Source of the DNA: Tubiluchus corallicola
Lineage: Eukaryota; Animalia; Priapulida
Length of the DNA: 64,000 bases
Direction: 5' to 3'
NCBI GenBank assembly: GCA_030141605.1
Contig: JAQGDQ010000019.1
Location: 1-64,000 of the forward strand
A model generated the notes under the pieces. The model made no database searches, had not been told where the DNA came from, and saw only the letters and a program-made list of their open reading frames with translations. Position numbers and translations under genes: made by a program. Every line of letters starts with the position of its first letter. The stretch's first letter is position 1. Shown piece by piece: positions 9,463 to 43,689 of the stretch.

Positions 9463-10565
9463 TGTTGGGCGCCATGTAATCCACTAGCCGAAGAAAGACA
9501 TTTGCCGTACCTGGGCTCGCCCAAGAAGTAGGACAAGTCATACATGGGCTAGCCTAAGTAGGATGTGTCGTACATGGGCTGCCCAAGTAGGATACTAGAG
9601 AGAGGTCGCGAATTGAGTTGTTAAGCGTACTGCATCGTCCGTTGTCCTTGTTTATGTAATAATAATAATAATAATTAAAAACGTCAGTACACGTTGAATA
9701 ATTCATTATACATCTGATAAAATAAAAGAATTTTATTTCGAGCTGGTAGAATGGGCAAAATTAAGTTTGGCTTCGATATTAATGCTGTTGAAGTGAAATA
9801 AACCCACTTTTTAGGCGATTTCAACATTTGTTTAAGGTATATCATTTTTTATTTTGTCTTACTCCACAGACAGGTGATCCGTATCACTACCACTTGAACA
9901 AATAATTGTTTTCTCCTAAGTAAACGTTCTAGCAATCTATGTGCCCTACATGGGCTAGCGAGCCATGTACGACAGTGCCCTACATGTTACAATACTATTG
10001 ATATTATTAAAACTAATTGCCTTTGCTTTTCCCAAATGTTAAAAATTACTTTTCCGTGTTGTGAACGCTTAGCAGCATCTGTCTCACTTTTAAACTTGCA
10101 ATTATTTCTGTAATAACTGTGTGTATAGTTTCTCTCTTTGAAGCATTAGATACTTGGTTTACTGTTATGATGATATTAATGGAGCAAACAAAAATAATGA
10201 TATTATTGTAAAAAATACGTTTGTAAATTGCCATCATTATTATAAAGTTACTTTTTTTCTAAAACAAATTTAGTTTTATGTTTTATTATGTCCTAATAAC
10301 ACTAATAAACAATGGTAACATCCAATTCACTGACAATTACTTATACAACAATAATTATGATCAATTAAAAGTTATAAACTGGAAATATCAGGCTGTAAAC
10401 AAGTTCTGCCGGAGCTTTTCCGTACAAAAATTATCGATTCTCGACAAAAATCGCTGGTGTCCTGCTTGGGCTTGCCCATGTACGACACTGCTTTTCCACA
10501 AATTTAGCACATGCGTTTTACCGGAATGTCCTACTTCGACTAGTGGGTTAGCTCGGCGCCCTACA
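9463..10565. mobile_element. Non-autonomous TIR element (TG..CA ends, 5-bp TSD ATGGC) inserted at the IGBP1 start codon
   Basis: Left TGTTGGGCGCCATGTAATCCACTAGCCGAAG vs reverse complement of right end TGTAGGGCGCCGAGCTAACCCACTAGTCGAAG; ATGGC at 9458-9462 and 10566-10570; subterminal TACATGGGCT repeats; second copy at 59884-60510 starts at the same terminus. Confidence 0.8.
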
Positions 10566-13500
10566 ATGGCGACTAGTAAACGTGAACATCGAAATCTTTG
10601 CCAAATTTTTGATGCTGCAGCGACACTGGAACGGGAAATTGAAACAAATGACGAACCAGCTAATTCAGAGTCCTTTAGCGTAAGTCTGTCATAAAATATT
10701 AATGCTTTAGCGAATTAACGAGTAAAAGTTCGGCTTTTCATAGAAGATACTGCCAAGGCTAGCCTATATTATTATTATATTAGTACTATTACTATAGTCT
10801 AGACTATAGTATTTAGTATTATTGGGCTCTTAGAGCACTGCTATCTGGAAGCCCTCAGTCTCTCCATAAAAAGGTTTAAATTTGGTGCTTTAACAACACT
10901 TTCCGGTAAACTATTCCATTTTTGCACCACACGGTGAGAAAAGAACATTCATTATCTTGCAGTTGCAGTTTGTTTGTGCAAAGTGTGTGAACAAATTTCT
11001 TAGAATGACCGCGAGTGGACTGTAGAGATACAGCTTTAAATAGTTTCTCACAAGAAACACGATTGTGTGTTTTCAGGTGTGTGCATAATTCATATGTCAA
11101 GTGTTTCTCTTTGCTGTTGGAGAGACCACATTTCTGCTTGCAAATCAGCTACATAACGTAAATGCAGATATAGTCTTGAACTTTTTGCAATCTCTTGATG
11201 TCAGGAATTTTATTATTTTTTTGTGTGTTCATATACTTAACTGTGACACAGTCATATAACAGCATAATTTTAATTTAAAATGTAAAACAATACTTAGTAT
11301 AACAGCTAACTCTTGGGCCCAGCCAGGGTTGCTGTTTTGTATGATGCTGATCGTATTGGAGACTAAAGATTATTGTATTTTCTGCCAAATTATTATATTG
11401 ATGGCTGACTAGTGTTGCCGTTTCTACCATAATTATCAGAATTATAGTTTAAGGTTTTATGCCATACAAAAAGTGACTATACGATAATTGATAATTATAT
11501 GATAATTTAGTAATGCAAAACAAAAAACTAAAAAACAAAACGTGAAAATATGTGCATTGAAAAAGTTTAGAACATTGTTTCTAATAATAATTAACTTTAA
11601 TTTCAGTTGAATTTAAATATTTCATGATTCAGCTTTAAACATTCACAAAGCTTCAAAAAAATTAAAAAACAATTTCTCCATCCTGGTGACATTTTTTGAG
11701 GTCATGAGGTAAGACAGGCACAAAATCTTTTTGTGTGGCCAGACAAACGTACTAATGTTCGAAGTGACTGAGTCCGGTACATCATTAACAAATAGCAAAA
11801 ACAAAGTAGATCTGAATATAGATGCTTGGGGAACTGTCCTCAATTGTATGAACAACACTAAATAAGATTCCAATTTAGATAGTAGATTATTATTTATCTA
11901 TAATACTATATAACAATAGAGTGAAGAAACTTAATGTTATCTTTCAAACTTACCCAGTGTTAGGAAATTACTTTCAAAATGTAATAATTTTACTGCCTCA
12001 AAAAGTGGTGAATTGGCTGCCTAATCATGACAATGTAACAGTATAACTATAATATTTATTTGCAAGAACTCCTAAATGCATTCTTTACAATTTTGATATG
12101 TTAAGTGAATAAATGATTGTAATTTTGGTTTTAGTATCTACAAATGGAATGCATGGCCGATGACTTGCCCAAAAATTTTTCTTTGCTGCAAGGTGTTGTT
12201 GTGGAAAGGCGAGTAGTAGTGAGCACTCAGAATGTTTCACCAGGTTTTGGCGTTTCATTAAATCAGTGCAAAATTACATTTGACTGCTTCATTATAATGT
12301 TGTAATTCACAGTTGAAACAATGACAGCATACTTCACCGAAGCTTCTAAAAAGTATTTTTCGTTAACAGTGAAATTTCAGTGTGAGTGAAATTGTGGATA
12401 TTGAAATATCCCTTCCGTAGTATTTTGTGTTGTTGGTTATCTTAAAGTAGTAATTTATTAACTTGATCACTTCAAAACTTGTGGTTAACATAAAGTCATC
12501 TGATGAAATCTTAAGATAAAAATGATGGCACTTGTTGGTTTAGAATCTTATAAAGCTTTTAATCTGTGCCATAAAAGTATACAAAGCATGCACACATACA
12601 TGAAATTTGATTTCCAAATTAAGCTTTGCGTGCAGGAGAAAAACCCATCACTGTATCGTAGTCTAAAAATGCTATGGTGTCAGGTATTATAGACTATGTG
12701 GAAGAGTTTGGTCCAATGCAGTCTGGGTTAGGCAATCTAAAATATCTTCGTAAGAACTACTGATGAGAACATAGCTCATATCATATGTTTTACTTTCACT
12801 TTTTATTTAGTTTAAGTTAATATATAATATTTTCAGCTTATTGTTCTTATGTTTGCATCGATATGATTTTAAGTTTACGTTACATATTTTTAAAACTATA
12901 CTAAATTTATGTATCAAATCCAAGTAGCAACAGGATCGAACAGAAAATTTTTGCAAGCTTCGCAACTTAACTGTTGGGAGTTACAGACTGTGTTGTTTAA
13001 ACCTTAAATTGTTTATGTAGGACAAACTCTCAAAATGTGTGGAAATGCTTGAAGATTTAACTGTTATGGTCTCAAAGCTGGGAATGTTTAGTACAAATGA
13101 AGATGTTGAAGAAGTAGCTACTGATGATCTCAGGTGAAAGCATCTTTATTTTTAGGATAGTTGTTCTACTGATTGGGAAAATGACTTTAGTAAGTCCAAT
13201 TATTTGTTTTTCATCTAGACAAATGACAATAAAATGTTTTATCCCTTTTTTGAAGCAAATTTCTAAGCATTAGATTACAATGGATCGATAGGAGTGTTTG
13301 ATTAAAGAAGTAATTACTAATTACATTAGTACTGCAGATACCGATTCATTGTTGATTCGTCACATGTGAGTAATGCAAACACATCATTTTTTAAATTGCC
13401 CATGTAGGTGACGATTGCAAAAGGCATAATTTTGTGATAATTTTGTGTTTAAAATAAAAAATATCAAAAATTTGTCTGCTTTCAAACACTTGGGTTGTGT

Positions 13501-16500
13501 GTTTGTATGAAGGAGTTAAGTAATCTTTGTGTTTTATTAATTGAATTATCTCAACAGTAGTCTAGCAGCTGGTCACTAATAAGCATTCAGTCCCCTTGAG
13601 TACTATTGGTCGCCTTATCGATTGATTGGCTAATTACTTTAGTTTGCAAACTATAAATATGGCTTCATGGAAATGTAAGCTACTTATTTTTCCAGAAGAC
13701 CGATAAGAAACAATGTAGTTAAAAATTTCTATTATCAATAAATTGTCATTGATCCATAATGAGCTTAAATTGGTACCCATTTGTTAGGACTGAATGAGAT
13801 AAACGTGAGACATTTGCTTGCTGAGGTTTTAAGGTTAGATGATGTTTTACTTAACACAATCAAAGTATAGCAAAGTATAGCAAACTTGAGCAAGTTTGAA
13901 ATAAACAACTTCTTGTGATCAAAATCAGAAATCAAGATCTAAGTGTTAAAACAGTTCTATCTGTGTAATTAATTACGCGTATAAAGTTGCGCCTTTGGTC
14001 GATTATTTCATTACATAGTTAACTTTAGTTAGAATGTGTTGCAATAACTTCGGTATAATTGTAGTGCATTAAGTGATTCAAATGCTTGAAAATTTACATT
14101 GTTGACTTTTACAGGTATTTTTTATTGCCTGCATTACTGGGACAGCTAACTTTGAAACGGACAGCCGGCGACAGATTGGAAAATGTAAAAATAGCAGAGG
14201 CATGTTGAATTCATTTTAAATTATTCTAATGAATTAAAATGCTAAATGAGTTAATTTTGCAGAACTTAAATATTTGCTTTTTGCCTTGACACTAACGTTA
14301 ATTAACGTGTATTTCGTTGTTTTTGTGGTGCACTAAGCATGTATACCATATTGGCGATAAAATATCATTTTGATTATTTCAGGTGTATTATCGTGATTTT
14401 CTTAGTCGTTGTAAGGAATACGGCATTACAAGTGTATCTTTACCGAGTTCTTCCTTAGATGAAAATGGTGAAATTGAAACAAAACCCCCTTCACGACTTA
14501 GTGATTTGAGCAAGCAGCGAGATGAGAAAATCCGATTGTATAAGCAACAGAAAGCCAATGAAGCAAAAGTAATGGAACTCGGAAAGCTGCTTGATAGTGA
14601 CCGTGTGGATGACGAAGTTAAGGTACGATTCGATGGCTGTGCCATCAATGGTTTGGTGTATTTTCTGTTTTTGAGTTTGTAATATCTTTTGCTTTGCTCT
14701 TTCAGCTAAAAGTGGTGTCGATCATTTTAAATGCTTATAAATGATACAACAATTCACTATCAGTGTAGATTTTGCACCTGTGGTAATTATGTGTGTTTGT
14801 ATTGTGCACTTTGATGGGGCATAAACTTCTTGAAATTGCAGTAAAGAAACGAAATGGGTAGTTAATTTATTGTTGTAAACCTACTTTTTTGCTCTATGTA
14901 TTACTTACCCTACAGCTATATTTGTGATATTATCTTGTCTTCCTTATTTAATTTTTGATTATACCAAAAGGACTTGGAATCCAAAAGTCCCGATTTCGAA
15001 TTTCGTGCTGATTATTCTGATTTGGTGTCGTCCGTTACTGACTGGCATTGTTTTGCAATGTTGATATGTGAAAAATGGTGTCCTGGAATGTCATGGAAAA
15101 GTCAGGGAAATTAGAAAAAGTTGCAAAGATAATCACCTTGAACCGATATTTTCCAAACATATTTTTCAGCGATTCGTGTTCAAATAAAATTTTGTTATGG
15201 CAGGCTCCCAGTTTCAATTTCTGTTCCAAAATTAATGATTGGCCGACACATTATATATTAGTATATGTATGAATATCGCTACACAGGAATCTTTGAATAT
15301 GTATACTGGTAGTGCAATTTTGGCTTATCTTGGTCATGGAAAAATCAGGAAAATTTATTTTAAAATTCTGTGGGAACCCTGATAAAAGTATATAATTTAT
15401 AATAATATATAATATGTGTGCTTGCATTGCAAAATTGTCCTTAAGTCGGCAATTAAGTTTTTCCAGTTGTTCACATATCTTGAATCTCCGTTTCATGAGG
15501 ATCATTTTGATACCAAGTTCACCGCTCTATGTTATTTCTAAGCTGAGGTAATTGACGTTAAAGTTGAGATGAAAAACGTAATCTTGAGAAAATCGCTGCT
15601 AAAGTCAGCCATTGTTTTTTGTCGCATCTCTACAAAATACTTAGCAACCGTGCAAACTTTGGTTGCTACGGACTTCGCAAAAGCATATTGAAGTTATGTT
15701 TAAATCCAGTAGATGACTCTTCTTGACGAAGATCTGGGCTTAGCAACAGAAAAAAATTGAAGCAAAATGACGGCTTCCACGAGCTACAATCGGAGTTTGA
15801 AAATAGGAGTTTTTTACAATTGCATTATTAGTTTCTAGACAGAAAAGTGGGTAAAATTAAGTTTTTAGTGTTTTTCAAACACTTTTTTTGATAATTTGAT
15901 GCTAGAATATAAAGGTCCAATATATTTAGCGTTGGTTTTTACAAAATGCGAAAAATTGACATTTGATTAACTTTTGGGTTATTCTGCTTTAAAGTATCAT
16001 AACACAGTCTTAGCTATGTAGACTTATGGACGGTTTTGGTATGCAACCACACATATAATAATGACATATATATTATTTTTGCACATGTCTTTTTTGCAGA
16101 GGGAATACTTTCTAGTCTTACTTGATATTTGGATTCACAGGGCTGTGGAGAATTTGAACATGATTGAAAGTATGTATAAGTCTGTAGCAGTTCCTGCACT
16201 TAAAAGGGTTAAATTGTGTTGTGAAACCTGCACTAGTAGAGCCTGGTCTCTTGCAGATAAGCGTAGTAAAATTGTGTTATTTTTATCGAAATGAAATATT
16301 ACAGCGTGAATACTGCAATACTTTGCTTCCCTTTGCAATTATGAATGGTGGTACATGCACCTATTGCAATAATGTGCAATGTTGCCTGTTACTAATCCTA
16401 TAATATATGTTGAATCTGCCTTTTCCCTTATTTACGTTTTACATTATATTTCTGGGATGGGTTTTAAGTCTTGTCTAATGCTTGCATTCAGCTTTTAATA

Positions 16501-19500
16501 ATTATTACTGTATGTGGTAAAGACTGCAGAGAAGTGCTTTATTAATGACCTATTAACAAGTTATGTGTATTTATGGCTATGAGAAAAGAAGTCACTTGAA
16601 ACCAGACTCTAACTGCACTATTAAAGTGTTTGTAATTTATGTCCTTTATCGTGAATCAGCTTCTTCATTTGATCAAAATGAAAGTAGCTAAAACTGTTGA
16701 CAACATGGCATTTGCTCATAGGAAGTTTTTCATATGTTAATTTTGTGTTACTGTGTGTAATTTTCATATATACCGATAATTTGAATATAAGTTTTTCATT
16801 TTGTATTAGTGGAGAAGAATATTTTAAAACACGTGCCAAAGACAAAAGCTAAAGATGTTAACAATATTACTTCTCAGAAACCAACCAAGTCAGCGAAGGT
16901 GGTATGAATTAATTGCTTTGACATTCAGATACTGTTAAAACTATAAAAAAAATTTGATTATAGGTTATATTGTAGTTGGTGTATGATACTTGTTTACAAT
17001 ACACTTTAATGTACTTTTTTCTACTCACTGGAAGTTGGAATCCAGCATTTTGCGAACAGTACGATGTTTATTCCATGCCTGGCATGCTCTATATCAAGGA
17101 TATCCCTTTAAGATAACCTTGTAAGATCACTGTTAACATACTATGTGGTGGATTAATTTACTAAAGTACAGTTTTTTCAGCAATCAAAGCCAATCATTTT
17201 GACAAGAGATGCTGCTCAAGCTGAAGTTTTTGGTGCCGGTTATCCAAGTTTACCTGTGATGACAGTAGAAGAATGGTTTGCAGAAAAATACAGTCATTTA
17301 TTAACAGAGGAAGCACAGGCAGAGTAAGTTGGCATTATTTCCACACTTTTGGTCCTAATGACATACTGTAAATTGTCGTACATATTGCTGTAATTATTCA
17401 ACTTTTTGGCTTAGAATTTTTTGTTTACTCCTGTGTTCTTGAATCAGCATGCTCTTGAGGAGCTACTTTTTATTTGTAAGAGCTTATTGATTTCTAAGTT
17501 GCATAGTCGAATTGAGGGTCCTAAAGAAGTTTGCTGAACTAATAAGGATGACTAAACTAGGCATTTTGATTATGGAAGGCCCTAAGGAAGTTTACTGAAC
17601 TAATAAGGATGACTAAACCAGGCATTTTGATTATGGAAGGCCCTAAGGAAGTTTACTGAACTAATAAGGATGACTAAATCAGGCACTTTGATTATGGAAG
17701 GCCCTAAGGAAGTTTGCTGAACTAATAAGGATGACTGAACTAGGCGTTTTGATTATGGAAGGCCCTAAAGAAGTTTGTTGAACTAATAAGGATGACTAAA
17801 CCAGGCGTTTTGAAAGGCAAGTATATCTTTTTCAAAACATATAAACAGGTTACAGATAGTACATTATGCCTTTTGTAAGAAAAGCATTGACAAATAATAT
17901 TATGATACATTCATCTTTGAAATCAGTAAACTGCATTGAAACTTCTAGGAGCTTATGAAGTGAACTAGTTTTTTATTAAGTAAAATGCTTGCAAATTTTT
18001 GTTTCGTGGAATAAACTTATATCAGTCAGCAGCACCTGGTCAAAAGATTGGGTTTTTAACAAATTGTTAGTAATCTAAATACTGCATGCTTATGCCTAAA
18101 AAGTTATTGATATTCAGGGTCTCACAATTTCAGTGTGCATTACTAGTTTCAAAAAATATACATTGTTAATCTTATTTATGGAATAATTTTTTATACTAAG
18201 TTAGAGATTTGTGCATAACTAGTTTTTTTGCCAATTTTTATATGAAATAATAGAATCGCTGTGCAATACTTGAAATGAGTCACTGGTCTTGTCCTTTAAT
18301 GGTTTTGTCAAAATTTGGTTTAGAGAGTTTTATAAATATTTGTGTAGACAAATTCCTCTTTTGTCTCAAGTCTCTTTTATTAGTTTTAGTTGTGTTAGTT
18401 CTTCTTATCTTTTACATTGCTGTTAGTTAGATCAGCAACAGCTTAGAAATTAAAGTTTAGTATTGTTGGATGCTATGTTCACTATCATGTTTTGTTTGGT
18501 ATAATGCTTGGATTTGTCTCATGTATTGCTAAAATCTTGTTTATATTTACTATGAAGTATTATTGTAGATTAAGACAGTCTATGCAAAAGTCCACTGATC
18601 CAGAATTTCGAATGCGAGAATTAGAGAAGCAGGACTTGGAAAAAGAAGCAGCAATGGAAAGAGACGATCCAGATGCATTAAAGAAAGCAAGGGAGATGGA
18701 TGACTGGAAAGATGGTATGCTTGAATTTCTCTTTCTTAGTAAAATGCTAAATTACATCATTTGAAATATAGAAATTTTTCACTTAGCAAGAAATATTCTG
18801 GGTTGTCTTAGGAGAATATGACACGTTCTCCAGTAGTCACTTAAGGTAAGAGTTCATAGTTAGAAAGTAAAAATGGGAAAACTAGAATTATTTTAACTCA
18901 TTTACTAGTGAATCATTTGCAATAATTGGTCACTATTTTCCAATGATTTGATAATTATCAGTCGGGTTTAATTATTTATTATATCTTTGCATTTCTCTAA
19001 TTTTTTTTGCTTCCTCATTTTTAAATCATTGCTTAAAAATTCACTAGAATTGCCTTTCGAAAAAATATAGTAAGAAATTTGTAAGTGCAGGCATTCTTAT
19101 AAAAAGCATAAATTAGAAAATGTTAAATCAAAACAATGCAAATATTAGGGAATATGTATAATTTTATATCATAATTATGATATTATGATGAACTATTGGG
19201 TAGATACATCTGCAACTTATGAAAATAGTTTTGCTTGAAATGATGTTTTTTTTGCAAGATGCATTTGCTGCCTTTTGTAAAATTTACCTTTGAAAGGATT
19301 TATATTGCCTCTAATTTTTGTCGTATTATGAAAGTTTGACTGTAACTTATTCAGACCGACTTAGCGAGTCCTTGTAGATAGACCTCTAAAAGTCTGTAGA
19401 GTAGGTTTCTGAGCTTGAAAAATCAAATTTTCACTATGCTGTGTATAAAATGATTTATAGTATTTTACAAAATAACTCTAGTATACAACATTGTACATTT

Positions 19501-19550
19501 CTTTTTTAGACCATAAACGTGGATACGGCAATAGAATGAATCGAAGTTAG
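10566..19550 (+). CDS. IGBP1: Immunoglobulin-binding protein 1 / alpha4 / TAP42 (PP2A regulator), 9 coding exons, ~347 aa
   Basis: Exons 10566-10679, 13021-13133, 14115-14199, 14383-14622, 16100-16169, 16810-16901, 17181-17323, 18569-18714, 19510-19550 join in frame; motifs [69 protein letters not shown]. Confidence 0.93.
10840..11200 (-). mobile_element. Decayed CR1/L2-like LINE 3' fragment
   Basis: Minus-strand STRGHSKK and, in another frame, [18 protein letters not shown]-like text typical of the CR1 ORF2 C-terminus. Confidence 0.6.
11730..11850 (-). mobile_element. Decayed LINE reverse-transcriptase fragment
   Basis: [22 protein letters not shown] resembles the non-LTR RT motif [21 protein letters not shown]. 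Confidence 0.6.
15060..15381. mobile_element. Partial hAT-like MITE (right end only)
   Basis: Repeated GTCATGGAAAA(G/A)TCAGG motifs ending in GTGGGAACCCTG (a CAGGGTT-type terminus); left end and TSD not found. Confidence 0.4.
17516..17813. repeat. 61-bp minisatellite, ~5 copies, IGBP1 intron 7
   Basis: Unit CCCTAAGGAAGTTTACTGAACTAATAAGGATGACTAAACCAGGCATTTTGATTATGGAAGG; CTAA anchor at 17521, 17582, 17643, 17704, 17765. Confidence 0.95.
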
Positions 19551-22298
19551 CACACTTACTGCATTGTTTTCATCCAAAATTTTGTGAACTTTCCGCTGTC
19601 AGTACAGTATCATGTATTATTGAATATGTATTTGTACCACTTGTTTTGTTTTTGAGTAGTGCATTTAAAAGTAGAGGTGCAGTGAGATACTTGCCCCAAG
19701 GACAATTTCAGCCTGTCGTTACTTGTTAGTTATTTCGACTCTATTACAGTATCAAGTAAATCTTATTTCATTAAAAAGACTAAAACATGAAACTTACTTA
19801 TAAAATGTTAGTGAAACAAAAAATGTATCAGGAAAATAAAACTGTTTTCGTTGTAGTATAGTAAACTCTACACCACTACAGTGAAACTACCATAACTTGA
19901 AGTGAAAATTTTTTAGCCAGTGCAGTATGCCTACTCTTGCCTCACCATGTCAAGCCGAGGTGTATGCAATTCAAATTGAGTTTTATTCTAAATTGATAAT
20001 ATAATATCATTCACCAAATACACACGCAAAAACATTAAATCTATATCTAACAGATGAATGTTATTTCATGTATTTAAATACACATAATTATTTATTTATA
20101 CTCTTATACCCAGCAAAACCTGAATTTTTGTTTATGTAAATATGCGATAAACTTCTTTTATTTAGTCAATATCATAACAATATAGACATCTATATATACA
20201 ACAAATAACCTGTATACATAGTAGTCGTTTAAAAATACAATAATATGCTCATGATTGGTTTAAAACCAGCTATCTCTACAGTTGACATTGTTGCAAAATA
20301 CTAATCAAGAAATTTTAACTAGCAAAAACTGGAGAAACTTGATGTTGTATATATTATCTAAAAATCAGTTGATGTTCGTGCATCAATCACGTTCAATTTT
20401 CATACCGCTGGTATGCTGTACAAATTTATATATAGTGTTTTAAGTTACTGTATTTAAAAATTACTTTAATAAATAGACAATTTTTACAGTGTAGTTTACT
20501 GTAGTAGTAGTATGTTATTCTTTGTAATGATAATGATAAACCTTACTTTAGTAAGACTACATAATGTATAGTGGTTTCAGCACACCTGCTTCTCTCAAAT
20601 GACTGAACTTGAATACTATAAAAATCACGTGTGAAGTGCAGGTAAATCAAATCCCTACAAAGTGGATAGAAAAGAAAAATTGCAGGCTAATGCTGTTCTT
20701 GTGTAAGGTTATTGCAATACAGCTGAAAGAAATGGGTAAACATCATATTTTGAATCTGCAGTTTCAAAGTGGGAAAGATCAACTTTAGTAGCATTTTCAT
20801 TTTAACAAAAATTGTTAATAACTGCAAAATACAAACTTCAACACAGAACAAAAATTATGGTACACCAGCAAGATTATGATTCACTTTAACATTGACCAAT
20901 AAAAGTAACAGTTGTCATGTCAGGAAATGTATTAAACACTAAGTATAAGTTTTGGGGTGACATGCTCCAATTATTATACACAGTCTAAGCTTTAGTAATA
21001 TTACATTTGATCACATTCAGTTATGATAATCACGTACAAGTGAAAGCGTAATACATTGTTTGTTTGATTTTATACATTTAGAAATATAAAAATAGACAAC
21101 TTATACCTTTTGTCACCAAACTCGTTGATACTAAAGGACAATGGGTAATTTTAAAATTAATTAGCAATATTTTAAAACAAGCTGAATTATCCTTGTCCCA
21201 TATTTCTAGTATTCTAGAGTTCAGCAGCGCGCACTGAATGAAATGCGCAAAAAATGTTGGGTAAAACAAATAACTACAATACTTGTTCCTTCTAGCAGCA
21301 TTTTAGTTGAATACTATTTTTATACAGAATTTTTCTCATATACATTCAATATATTTCTACAGAAATTGTTGCAAAGAAGCCACTGGAATAATAAAACAAT
21401 ATGACTAGTACAAAAAACAACAACAACCTGCAATCGTGGAAGCACAAAACTTACTTTCAATCTGTGAACATGCTCTGCTCATGCACTTCACTAACGTGGC
21501 AGCTAACAGAAAGCTGGGTTAATTTAAACTGGTCCAGCAACTTAGCGTATTTTCATTATTTTTGTAATACTTTTCTGTATTATTTTGTTTTATGAGACGT
21601 TTAGATGCTCGCTACAATAATTTGTCGTTTAGTACACTAGATATGTCATGCACACACTTGATGACAGCTTGGTACAAACAAAAAACATCTAATAACTCTA
21701 TGAGGATATCATAGTAAAGCTGTCTTCTACTATTATATTTGCAATTTAACCCAAACAACACCATTCTTTTGTCAAATTTTGGCTGATTTTTCTTATTTAA
21801 AATCATACATCTAACAACAAACAAACTAAATCTGCTTTTAAGTGTGAAGAAAAAATAAAGATGGCAAAGTTGGATAATTATTTGCTGCATAATCAAATAA
21901 ACTATTTTAGTGCAAAACGCATCTAATTTTGTCCAGAACATCAACTTGTTGACACAAAAATGATAAAAATCTGGTTACAAAGTTAGATACTTGAAAATTT
22001 TGCAGCTAAAAAAGCAAAACGAGCATTTTTGCAATTTTGTAGTCCATGTTTGAACAAAGAACTGTTCTTTACATCAAATGGAATACCAGGATACAATAAC
22101 TGATTTTACATTTGCTGCACAATGTTAGTCATATTAAAGTATGCAATTCTTTGCCAATTATTTAATGAGGATTTCCCACAAAAATGCAAACTGAAACGCA
22201 TTTGCCTTTTTAACGCATCAAGACCTCTATAATATAATAACTTAAGATAAAATTATGGAGAGTAAAACTAACGTTCATACAGCACATTCTAGCTTTTG

Positions 22299-42796
<20,498 letters not shown>

Positions 42797-43689
42797 TTTT
42801 TTGACATTGTGAACTTTCCTGTTTTTTGTATTTATTTAAAAACTATGTATAAGAAAATGCCTCTCTCTGCAAAAAGCACAAACTGTTTCAGATTCTTTGA
42901 ATTCAAGAACTTTAAATCACTACTCATTCTTTTATAACAGCATGTATTTATACTTTCGTTTAAATTCCTTTTAACGAATTTAATGAATAGTATCACTGAG
43001 TGCCAGTACATTACACTGAGTTCGTTACATACTAGTCCCTTGTTTAATACAGGAGCTAGCTTCTCTTAAAGACCAAGACTTTAGCTGGAAAAAGTTTCAC
43101 CAAAATAAACACTGCCTGGGTAACAAATGGATAGCCTGGGTCTCATTACTTTATCATTCATTTAACAACTGTATAATATCAATAACTGAAATTCTTCATA
43201 TCTGCAACTGTGGGAAAAAATTGGAAAATTGCAGGGGAATCAATGCAGCAATAAATAGCCCTGTGTTTTGTGATCTTTTTCAGGCCTATCATTCACAGTC
43301 AGGTATGAGGGTCTTTATTATATTGTAGCCTCGATTGGATTTCTTGGTGGACTAAAGTGATGCCACCTATTGTAAGATACAGATCTTAGTTTTTAAATCA
43401 ATGTTTATTAATGGTGATTAATATAATGGAGTTGAGCAATATGTGTAGTTAATATTTTAGACTGCATGTTGGAAATTTATAGTTTTCTTTGAAGATTTTG
43501 AACTTGTCCTCGCTGTTCCTTGCATTATAATTTAATATTAAATTTTGCATTTTGCATAGAATCTGTCGGGCTATTCTACAATAACTGCATAAAAGGTTGT
43601 TATTGACACAAGTGATGTGTTGAGTATTGTAGTTGTTTGAAGTTCTATGTTATTTAAAAGGTTGCTTGGTTCTGTGCACTTCCTAAGCA

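Noticed and set aside
9477-10551. piggyBac-type TTAA-CCC ends for the IGBP1-upstream element
   Set aside because: Inverted similarity extends further out to TG..CA with a 5-bp direct repeat, and the second copy starts at that outer boundary.
9455-10565. Element removed as an in-frame intron from the ancestral ATG (introner-like)
   Set aside because: Donor CAT|GTAATC (9476) with the visible acceptors at 10507, 10543 or 10551 does not restore the IGBP1 frame; other site pairs not excluded.
17516-17813. CRISPR-like array
   Set aside because: Units are contiguous with no unique spacers; eukaryotic intron, no cas genes.
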